A stretch of 64,000 bases of DNA from Anaerolinea sp. (GTDB lineage Bacteria > Chloroflexota > Anaerolineae > Anaerolineales > Villigracilaceae): contig DYPU01000003.1 in the NCBI GenBank assembly GCA_020719725.1, positions 5,081 through 69,080 on the forward strand, in the 5' to 3' direction. Numbering within the stretch: the first letter of the stretch is position 1; each line of letters starts with the position of its first letter. A program made the position numbers and the translations under genes. The notes under the pieces are model-generated. The model was not told the origin of the DNA, searched no databases, and was given only the letters and a program-made list of their open reading frames with translations. Shown one piece after another: positions 44,521-52,228 of this stretch.

Positions 44521-45084
44521 TTATCCTGGCGCGCAGGCTGCCATCAGCGCCTGGAGCTTGCAGGTGGTATTCCAGTTGCGAATGGTGATCTCGGGATAGA
44601 TAGGCGAAGCGATGATGCGGGTCAGGTGACTCTGGGAGGCGCGTGCGATCAGGCGCGAGAAATATAACACATCCGGGCCGCAAAAAAACGCATCGCCCTC
44701 CGGCCGGGCGCTCAGGTGGCGGACCGCCTCGTCTGCAATCAGGGGCGGGCGCAGGAAAATGACATCGTAGCGGTATTCGTCCGGCTGGCTGCCGAATCCG
44801 GGCGGGGCGCTACGCACGATTTCGGCCAGCTTTTTTGCTGGGCAGAGCACGATGTTCGCTTTGTAGGGTGGGAACGCAGCCGAAAGCAGCGTTTCGATTT
44901 GCGCAGTCAGGCCGGGCAGGTCCGTTTCAGGGGCCGTGAACAGGACGTTGCCGCTCTGGATATACGTGGCAACCTGGCCAAACCCGTTGGCTTTGAAACG
45001 GGCCTTGAGATCGGCCATCTTGATGATGTTTTTGCCGCCGACGTTGATGCCGCGCAGCAGGGCGAGGTATTGGGTGGGGGTCAT
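44521..45084 (-). CDS. DUF1697 family protein
   Basis: Start at MTPTQYLALLRGINVGGKNIIKMADLKARFKANGFGQVATYIQSGNVLF, the hallmark DUF1697 N-terminus. Confidence 0.75.
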   Translation of the reverse strand: MTPTQYLALLRGINVGGKNIIKMADLKARFKANGFGQVATYIQSGNVLFTAPETDLPGLTAQIETLLSAAFPPYKANIVLCPAKKLAEIVRSAPPGFGSQPDEYRYDVIFLRPPLIADEAVRHLSARPEGDAFFCGPDVLYFSRLIARASQSHLTRIIASPIYPEITIRNWNTTCKLQALMAACAPG

Positions 45085-45205
45085 AAGGGTGTTGGGGTAC
45101 CTGTGTGGTTGGAAAGTGACGGATAAAGGCAAAAGACGCTAAAGCCCCTCTCGTTCGGGCAACGCCCGCACTTCTGTTTTGCCTTGTTTTAAGGTTGCGG
45201 ATCGC

Positions 45206-45466
45206 CTACGCTGATGCCATTAAAACTTCGACACCATTTTCCCAGAGTTCATACTCACTCAAATCAGCAGCATCATTCCATGAAATACCATAACCGCCCG
45301 AATCAACTTTTACTGACCTAAAAAAAACATCATTTTTTAATACTTGAAACATATCAAGGTTAAGCAATGGGGCGCAGTTATAGATTTTTTCAATTCCATT
45401 GACAAATTTGACCAATAATTTTTTATTTTCTAGGGCTTGAACCGATAAAATTTTAGGGGCGTTCAT
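45206..45466 (-). CDS. DUF2442 family protein
   Basis: Start at MNAPKILSVQALENKKLLVKFVNG...SVKVDSGGYGISWNDAADLSEYELW, the typical DUF2442 pattern. 4-nt gap after the DUF4160 gene. Confidence 0.7.
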   Translation of the reverse strand: MNAPKILSVQALENKKLLVKFVNGIEKIYNCAPLLNLDMFQVLKNDVFFRSVKVDSGGYGISWNDAADLSEYELWENGVEVLMASA

Positions 45467-45470
45467 GTTT

Positions 45471-45725
45471 TTACTCCAATCCTGGCAGTTGCTTGAATTC
45501 ATTATTCTGCCACATGCGCAACAATTCATTTTTATATTGCGCTCCCCATTCTTTAACCAATTTCTGCGACCGCGACGGCAAATCACCTTCAATCATTTCA
45601 AGTGTTTCAATTGCAAAAACGCCATTGAATTCACCATAAACGGCGTGAAAATGAGGAATGCCATGTTCACTTTGGCTGAAATACATCTTGATGATGATGC
45701 CATAAAATCGGGCTATGACTGGCAT
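45471..45725 (-). CDS. DUF4160 family protein
   Basis: MPVIARFYGIIIKMYFSQSEHGIPHFHAVYGEFNGVFAIETLEMIEGDLP is the characteristic DUF4160 sequence. Confidence 0.75.
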   Translation of the reverse strand: MPVIARFYGIIIKMYFSQSEHGIPHFHAVYGEFNGVFAIETLEMIEGDLPSRSQKLVKEWGAQYKNELLRMWQNNEFKQLPGLE

Positions 45726-45831
45726 ATACTTCTCCTTTGATTATTCTTAAAGTATAGCACAGCAAAAATCACGTATATCGAGCCACTTTTTGCTTTTTAG
45801 GCGTATTGTTCAAGGGGTAAGCCAACTATTA

Positions 45832-45875
45832 ATTCAGCGGCAGGCCGCCTTTTTATGGCGAACCTGCCGCTGAAT
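45832..45875 (-). terminator. Stem-loop downstream of the cysS operon
   Basis: ATTCAGCGGCAGG (45832-45844) is complementary to CCTGCCGCTGAAT (45863-45875), just past the stop at 45885. Confidence 0.4.
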
Positions 45876-45884
45876 GTTTCGTTT

Positions 45885-46385
45885 TTACTTTGTCACCACG
45901 CGGTGGATGGTTTCTGAAACCGGGTAAATATCCACAATTGCCAGGTCGCCGGGGTTGGGGTCGGTGGTGATTTTTTGCTGGAGCAGCGGCCCAAGCGCCT
46001 GTCCCGCGAAAATGGCCAGGGTGGCCAGGACTGTGACCAGCGGCAGGCGCTCAAAACGTTCGCGGCTGCTCTTCGTGCCGATGAAGCCGTACAAGGCTGC
46101 CAGGGCTGCCAGCCCGCCGGTGACGGCGTAATTCGTGCCACAGCCAGCGTGGATGGCTAGCCCGACCTCTCCGTTTTGCAGGCGCGAAAGGGCTTCGCTG
46201 ACGGCCTCGCGCACATCTTCGGTGGGAATTTTGCCGATGATGAAGAATCCGGTCGGGTTGGAGTGACCGCCCATGCCTTTGCGCGGAAAACGGGCTGAAA
46301 GGATGTGGATGGTGGCATGTTCCAGGGCGTGGTTGCGGCGGGTCGGGTGAATGTAGGGGGCTTGCAATAAATTGAGATTTGTCAT
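45885..46385 (-). CDS. Conserved hypothetical protein (HALEHATIH motif, C-terminal hydrophobic segments)
   Basis: Start at MTNLNLL, 5 nt after the cysS stop. RRNHALEHATIHIL and HAGCGTNY motifs. Family not securely recognised. Confidence 0.5.
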   Translation of the reverse strand: MTNLNLLQAPYIHPTRRNHALEHATIHILSARFPRKGMGGHSNPTGFFIIGKIPTEDVREAVSEALSRLQNGEVGLAIHAGCGTNYAVTGGLAALAALYGFIGTKSSRERFERLPLVTVLATLAIFAGQALGPLLQQKITTDPNPGDLAIVDIYPVSETIHRVVTK

Positions 46386-46390
46386 TTTAT

Positions 46391-47785
46391 TTACCAGTGC
46401 CAGGTGGAGCCTTGTTTGCTGTCTTCGACGGTCACGCCCAGGGCCTTGAGCCGGTCGCGGATCAGGTCGGAGAGCGCCCACAGCTTTTGGGCGCGCACTT
46501 CGGCGCGGACTTCGAGCAGCAGGTCGATGAATTTGTCGGCGTCGCCGCTGCCGGTTTTCTCACTCAGGCGCAGGCCAAAGACCCCAGCCAGCTCGCGGAT
46601 GGCGGCCTGGGCGGGTTGGAGTTGGGCGTCGGTTGCGCTGGCATCGCGGGCAAAGTTGATGGCGCGTACCAGCTCGAAGATGCCGCCCAGCGCGCCGGCA
46701 GCGTTGAAGTCATCATCCATAGCGGCGACAAAGGCTTCACGGGTGGCGGCGGTCTGCTTTTCGAGCGTGGTTAGGGCTTCGGGCGCGGCACCCGGCGCGG
46801 CGGCAGGGGCCGGTTTTAGGGCCGATTTAATCCGCTCCAGGCCTTTTTCGGCACCGTCCAGGGTTTCTTCGTTGAACATGAGCGGCGCGCGGTACGAGCC
46901 GTTGAGGACGAGCATCCGCATCACATCGGCATCGCGTTTGGAGAGGAATTCTTTGATGCTGATGATGTTGCCGAGGCTTTTCGACATTTTTTCGCCGCCG
47001 AGCTGTAACATGCCGTTGTGCATCCAGTAACGCGCAAATTGTTTGCCGGTGTAGCTTTCGGTTTGGGCGATTTCGTTTTCATGATGGGGGAAGATCAGGT
47101 CGTTGCCGCCGCCGTGAATGTCGATTTGCTCGCCGAGTTCTTGCAGGTTCATGGCCGAGCATTCGATGTGCCAGCCAGGCCGGCCCTGGCCCCAGGGGCT
47201 TTCCCAGGCCGGTTCGCCGGGTTTGGCGGCTTTCCAGAGGGCAAAGTCCATTGGGTGTTCTTTGAGTTCTTCCACCTCGATGCGCGCACCAGCCTGCATA
47301 TCGTCTAATTTGCGGGCAGAAAGTTTGCCGTAGTCTTCGTCGTGGCTGACGCGGAAGTAGACATCGCCGTTGGTGGCTGGGTAGGCGTAGCCGCGTTCGA
47401 TCAGGCCCTGCACAAAGGCGATGATGCCCGGCATGGTTTGGCTGACGCGCGGTTTGGCGGTGGCGGGCAGAATATTGAGATCGTCGAGGTTGTGGTCAAA
47501 GTCGCTAATATATTTTTGCGAAAGTTCAAGCGGGTCGATGCCCATCTGGTTGGCGCGATTGATGATTTTATCGTCCACATCGGTGTAGTTCATCACATGG
47601 CGCACGTTCAATCCGCGATATTCGAGGTAGCGGCGGATAATGTCGAAGACCAGCGCCGACATGGCGTGTCCGACATGCGCGTCATTGTAGACGGTGGGGC
47701 CGCAGACGTACAGTTTGACGACGCCCGGTTCGAGCGTTTGCAGTTCTTCTTTTTTACGGGTGAGGGTATTGTATAGGCGGATCAT
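46391..47785 (-). CDS. cysS: Cysteine--tRNA ligase
   Basis: 464 aa. HVGHA (HIGH), KMSKS and the CysRS zinc-site pattern. Confidence 0.95.
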   Translation of the reverse strand: MIRLYNTLTRKKEELQTLEPGVVKLYVCGPTVYNDAHVGHAMSALVFDIIRRYLEYRGLNVRHVMNYTDVDDKIINRANQMGIDPLELSQKYISDFDHNLDDLNILPATAKPRVSQTMPGIIAFVQGLIERGYAYPATNGDVYFRVSHDEDYGKLSARKLDDMQAGARIEVEELKEHPMDFALWKAAKPGEPAWESPWGQGRPGWHIECSAMNLQELGEQIDIHGGGNDLIFPHHENEIAQTESYTGKQFARYWMHNGMLQLGGEKMSKSLGNIISIKEFLSKRDADVMRMLVLNGSYRAPLMFNEETLDGAEKGLERIKSALKPAPAAAPGAAPEALTTLEKQTAATREAFVAAMDDDFNAAGALGGIFELVRAINFARDASATDAQLQPAQAAIRELAGVFGLRLSEKTGSGDADKFIDLLLEVRAEVRAQKLWALSDLIRDRLKALGVTVEDSKQGSTWHW

Positions 47786-47849
47786 GGCTTTCTCCTGTGA
47801 TGGATTGAATTATAAACCAGCCTGTAACTCTCTGATACAATTCGCATTA

Positions 47850-49508
47850 ATGAACGAGTTCTTTATTCAAAACATCCAACGCCGCCTGGCGCGTCATTTT
47901 AATAATGCCCGCGTCGCTCTGATGGCCTTGCGGGTGCGCGCGCTTGCGCCCAAAACCAAAGAGGCGCGCCCCATCGCGTTTTTTAAAGCCTCCAGCGGCC
48001 TCGATGATCTTTCGTGGAACAGTGCCTTTCACCTGCTCACGTCTTGGGGGCTGCGCCTGCAAGGCCTCCCGGTTGCCTACTTCGCTTGTGATCATGGCTT
48101 GAGTCGCTGCGTACTCGGCACCAACCGCGATCATCCCGCCCAGAAACCGCCCTGTCGTTCGTGTGTTTATCAGGCCAAAACGCTGTATACGGGCGTTCCG
48201 GCTTTCTCAAGGCCCCTTTCAACCGCTCCTGGCGCAATCGGACGGGCTGAAGACCACCAGACAACTGTAACCTGGTTCACCTTTCAGCGCGATCCTCGCC
48301 TCGAAACAGCCCTCGCCAATTTGTCACTCGACCAACTGACAGGCTTCACCTACCAAAAAATTCCCCTCGGTCAACTGGTTTTACCCGGTTTGCGCTGGAT
48401 TTTACGCCGCCACAATCTCATTGACGATGACGCGACTCGCTTTTTTCTGCGAGAGTACATTCTCTCCGCGTTTAGCCTGGCGCAGCGCTTCGAGCATTTT
48501 CTGGAACAGACCAACCCGCAGCTTGTGGTGGTTTTTAACGGCCAGTTCTACCCGGAAGCGACCGCCAAATGGGTGGCGCACCAGCGCGGGCTGAGAGTGA
48601 TCAGCCACGAAGTGGGCCTCCTCCCCGTCACCGGATTCTTCACTGAAGGTGAATCGACCGCCTATCCCATCGACATCCCCGATGCGTTTGACTTGAACAA
48701 TACTCAAAATGCCCGGCTGGATGCCTATCTCGAAAAACGCTTTCAGGGTAATTTCAGCATGGCTGGGGTCAAGTTTTGGCCGTCTATGCAAGGATTAGAC
48801 GAGTCTTTTTTAGCAAAAGCTGCCGGGTTTAAGCAAATTGTCCCGGTTTTCACCAACGTCATCTTTGATACCAGCCAGCCCCACGCCAACACAGTTTTTA
48901 GCGATATGTTTGCTTGGCTCGATGTGGTGTTGGAAATTGCCCAATTGCACCCCGAAACGTTGTTTGTGCTGCGCGCCCACCCCGACGAGACTCGCGCCCG
49001 CAAAGCCAGCCTGGAAACTGTTGCCGGGTGGGTGGCCAGCCGCCGCGCCACAGAGCAACCAAATATCGTTTTTGTGCCGCCGCAGGAGTTTCTTAGTTCT
49101 TACGAGTTGATCGCCCGCTCCAAATTTGTGCTCATCTACAACTCTACCATTGGCCTGGAAGCCACTATTTTGGGCGTGCCGGTACTTTGCGCCGGGAAAG
49201 CTCGTTTTACCCAATATCCCACCGTTTTCTTCCCACAGTCTATTCCAGAATACTGCGCCACGCTGGAAGATTTCCTAAAAGCCGAAAAAATTTCGATTCC
49301 CGCCGAGTTTCGCCGTAATGGACGGCGTTTTTTGTACTATCAGCTTTTTCGCACCTCGCTGCCCTTTGGCAGTTTCCTCGAAACCGGCGTACGCGCCACC
49401 CACGCCCGGCTCAAATGGTTCAACCCGCGTGATTTGCCGACAGCTCCTGCCATTCAAACCATCACGCGTGGTTTGCTCGATAATGATGATTTTTTGCTGA
49501 AAGAGTAA
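47850..49508 (+). CDS. KpsC/KpsS-like (Capsule_synth-like) glycosyltransferase candidate with N-terminal four-Cys motif
   Basis: Start at MNEFFIQN. C-terminal FVLRAHPDE...FVLIYNSTIGLEATILGVPVLCAGKARF resembles capsule-biosynthesis KpsS/KpsC proteins. The N-terminal region carries C-x6-C...C-x2-C. Confidence 0.5.
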   Translation: MNEFFIQNIQRRLARHFNNARVALMALRVRALAPKTKEARPIAFFKASSGLDDLSWNSAFHLLTSWGLRLQGLPVAYFACDHGLSRCVLGTNRDHPAQKPPCRSCVYQAKTLYTGVPAFSRPLSTAPGAIGRAEDHQTTVTWFTFQRDPRLETALANLSLDQLTGFTYQKIPLGQLVLPGLRWILRRHNLIDDDATRFFLREYILSAFSLAQRFEHFLEQTNPQLVVVFNGQFYPEATAKWVAHQRGLRVISHEVGLLPVTGFFTEGESTAYPIDIPDAFDLNNTQNARLDAYLEKRFQGNFSMAGVKFWPSMQGLDESFLAKAAGFKQIVPVFTNVIFDTSQPHANTVFSDMFAWLDVVLEIAQLHPETLFVLRAHPDETRARKASLETVAGWVASRRATEQPNIVFVPPQEFLSSYELIARSKFVLIYNSTIGLEATILGVPVLCAGKARFTQYPTVFFPQSIPEYCATLEDFLKAEKISIPAEFRRNGRRFLYYQLFRTSLPFGSFLETGVRATHARLKWFNPRDLPTAPAIQTITRGLLDNDDFLLKE

Positions 49509-49572
49509 AATGCCGCCACGCCCGCAAAAAATGCTCAACTGTAGCGCTTTTGCGGTTCGATAAGGTTTCTCT

Positions 49573-50451
49573 ATGCCGAACCTCCGCCATATTCTGCGCC
49601 AAACTATTTATGAGACCGAAAAACTGGCCCAACGGGCCAAATTCGCATCCTGTCCTGCGCCGCTAAACGGCTGGCCGATTTTGCTGGGAATTTCTTTCCC
49701 TAAAAGTGGCACGCACCTGCTCGACCAGATTTTGCTCGGTTTTGCGGATGTTGCTCCATTTGCGCGCCGCCTGCACTCGTTTTATGCCCAATATGACGGT
49801 GATACCGGACGTAAGCGCTCCAGCGCCGAAACCAGCGCCTGGCTGGAGTCGCTCCGCCCGTTGGATGTGACCTCGGCCCATCTGTTTGCCTCGCCCGAAG
49901 CCCTCCGGCGCATCATTTCACCCGCTTTTGTGCCTTATTTTATCTTCCGCGACCCGCGCGACGTGGTTGTCTCGCATGTTTTTTATGTGACAGACATGGA
50001 ACCCAACCATGTTCACCATGCTCACTACCAATCGCTGCCCGATTTTGCCGCCCGGCTCAAAACCAGTATTTTGGGAATCCCCAGGTTGGCTGAACATGGG
50101 GATTCCAACCTGGAATTTCCCGACATCGCCGCCCGCTTTGCGCCTTATCTGGGCTGGCTCGACCAGCCTGAAGTCCTGGCTTTGCATTTTGAAGACCTGA
50201 TTAATGACCGTCCCGCCGCGCTGAACCAAATTAGCGAGCATTTCCTGGCGCGCGTCCCGCTCAGCGGTTCTCGAAGCGCAATTCTCGAAGCGCTCGAAGC
50301 AGCCATCAACCCTCAAAAATCGCCCACATTCCGCTCTGGTAAAACCGGCGAGTGGAAAAAACATTTCAGCGCCGAGCATAAAGCCATTTTCAAGGAATTC
50401 GCTGGAGATTTGCTGGTACGGCTAGGATATGAGCAAGATAATAACTGGTAA
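49573..50451 (+). CDS. PAPS-dependent sulfotransferase family protein
   Basis: FPKSGTHLL (5'-phosphosulfate loop), FRDPRDVVVS (3'-phosphate motif), RSGKTGEWKKHF near the C-terminus. Confidence 0.75.
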   Translation: MPNLRHILRQTIYETEKLAQRAKFASCPAPLNGWPILLGISFPKSGTHLLDQILLGFADVAPFARRLHSFYAQYDGDTGRKRSSAETSAWLESLRPLDVTSAHLFASPEALRRIISPAFVPYFIFRDPRDVVVSHVFYVTDMEPNHVHHAHYQSLPDFAARLKTSILGIPRLAEHGDSNLEFPDIAARFAPYLGWLDQPEVLALHFEDLINDRPAALNQISEHFLARVPLSGSRSAILEALEAAINPQKSPTFRSGKTGEWKKHFSAEHKAIFKEFAGDLLVRLGYEQDNNW

Positions 50452-51394
50452 GAGCAGCCCGGCCTGCTCGCTCGTCATTCGCGCCTACAATGAAGCCCGG
50501 CATTTGCCGCGTTTGCTGGAAGGGGTTAGACAGCAGAGCGTATCGGATGTCGAAGTGATTTTGGTCGATTCGGGTTCGACGGACGATACCGTTGCGATTG
50601 CCAAATCTTACGGCGCGAAAATTATCCACATTGCCCCAGCGGAGTTTACCTTTGGGCGTTCACTCAACCTGGGCCTTACGGTAGCCACCCGTGAACTGGT
50701 CGCCATTGCCTCGGCGCATGTCTACCCGGTTTATCCCGACTGGCTGGAGCGTTTGCTGGAACCCTTCGCCGACGACTCGGCGGTGGGGCTGACGTATGGC
50801 AAACAGCGCGGCCTGGCGACGAGTAAATACTCTGAGCATCAAATCTTTGCGCGTTGGTTTCCCGAAACTTCCCAATTAAGGCAAACACATCCATTTTGCA
50901 ATAATGCCAATGCCGCAGTCCGCCGCTCGGTGTGGAATCAGCACCCGTATGACGAATCTTTGACCGGGCTGGAAGATTTGGCATTTGCAGCCTGGGCGCA
51001 AGGCCAGGGCTACCGCATTGCCTATATCGCCGAAGCCGAAATCATTCACATCCACAATGAGACGCCCATTGGAGTGCGCAACCGTTATAAACGCGAAGCG
51101 ATGGCTTTTAAGCAGATTTATCCCGAAGCGCACTTTAACGCGTACGATTTTATTCACATGACGGCTAGCAATATCGTCACCGATTTGTTCCATGCAGCCC
51201 AGGCTGGCCTTTTGCGCCGGGTTTTGCCCGAAATTTTTTGGTTTCGCTACAACCAATTTTGGGGAACGTATCTGGGCTATCGCCAATCTGCCGAGTGGAA
51301 CTGGAACTTGCGTCAGACATTCTATTATCCGCGCGGACTGGTCGCCGAGTCTACCTCGCCGCGCGAGGTGGAGCCGATTCGGTATAATGAGTGA
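50429..51394 (+). CDS. Glycosyltransferase family 2
   Basis: CSLVIRAYNEARHLPRLLEGVRQQSVSDVEVILVDSGSTDDT and a downstream acidic (ED) motif. Confidence 0.8.
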   Translation: MSKIITGKSSPACSLVIRAYNEARHLPRLLEGVRQQSVSDVEVILVDSGSTDDTVAIAKSYGAKIIHIAPAEFTFGRSLNLGLTVATRELVAIASAHVYPVYPDWLERLLEPFADDSAVGLTYGKQRGLATSKYSEHQIFARWFPETSQLRQTHPFCNNANAAVRRSVWNQHPYDESLTGLEDLAFAAWAQGQGYRIAYIAEAEIIHIHNETPIGVRNRYKREAMAFKQIYPEAHFNAYDFIHMTASNIVTDLFHAAQAGLLRRVLPEIFWFRYNQFWGTYLGYRQSAEWNWNLRQTFYYPRGLVAESTSPREVEPIRYNE

Positions 51395-52133
51395 TATGAC
51401 TTCTGAGTTGGCTCGTGAAAATTTCTTACGCATGGCTGAAGACGATCGTTCTTTGGCATTGGTGACAGATTTTAGCCAGCAATCAGACCGGATGCTGATT
51501 TCGTTTGGCGGTATAAAAGGGTTTCGCGTGATTCCACCCTTCGAGTTTTTTAACCTGACCCAGGCCTTGCCCGCCAAAAAAATTTTTGTGCGTGATTTTT
51601 CTCAGAGCTGGTATCAAGCTGGTTTGCCGGGCCTTGTGGATAGCGTGGAAGGTATTGCGGCCTATTTGCGGGAACAGATTAAAGCCCAGGGGACAAAGCG
51701 CCTGGTGCTGTTGGGAAATTCGATGGGGGGCTATGCTGCCCTCCTGTTTGGCGCTTTGCTTGATGCTGATGTGGTGCTGGCATTTGCGCCGCAAACCTAC
51801 CTGGGCCTGGGGCGGCGCTTGCAGACGGGTGATTTGCGCTGGTTTAAGCAGCTACGCCGTGCCGAAAAGAATTGCAAAACCCCTCTTTTTCTTGACTTGC
51901 GCGCTTTTTTGGGTTCTTTGCCGCCGCGCCGCGGAAGTTATCACTTGTATTACAGCCGCAATGAGATTTGGGATTATTTCCACGCCCGCCATTTGCGGGG
52001 AACTTTTGTGCAATTGCATGAATCGCGCGGCAGCGGTCATCGTTTGGTGCGTGATTTGCGTGACAGCGGGCAACTGCAACAGATTTTGGTGGAGGCGTTG
52101 CGCGAGGTGGAGCCGTTTCGGCATTCTGAGTAG
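51387..52133 (+). CDS. Alpha/beta-hydrolase-fold protein (putative esterase/acyltransferase)
   Basis: GNSMGG nucleophile elbow after a beta-strand (RLVLLGNSMGGYAALLFG). The start overlaps the GT2 stop. Confidence 0.5.
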   Translation: MSDMTSELARENFLRMAEDDRSLALVTDFSQQSDRMLISFGGIKGFRVIPPFEFFNLTQALPAKKIFVRDFSQSWYQAGLPGLVDSVEGIAAYLREQIKAQGTKRLVLLGNSMGGYAALLFGALLDADVVLAFAPQTYLGLGRRLQTGDLRWFKQLRRAEKNCKTPLFLDLRAFLGSLPPRRGSYHLYYSRNEIWDYFHARHLRGTFVQLHESRGSGHRLVRDLRDSGQLQQILVEALREVEPFRHSE

Positions 52134-52228
52134 ATTAGCGTTTTTTAACCGAAGGGCTACCCTGTAAACACATTAAAACCGGTAGAGTCAAAAAATGGTG
52201 GCAAGCCATCAATCCAAAAGGATAGTAT

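Noticed and set aside
50876-51577. 233-aa minus-strand ORF spanning the GT2/hydrolase junction
   Set aside because: It is antisense to two motif-supported genes and has no RBS or domain signature.
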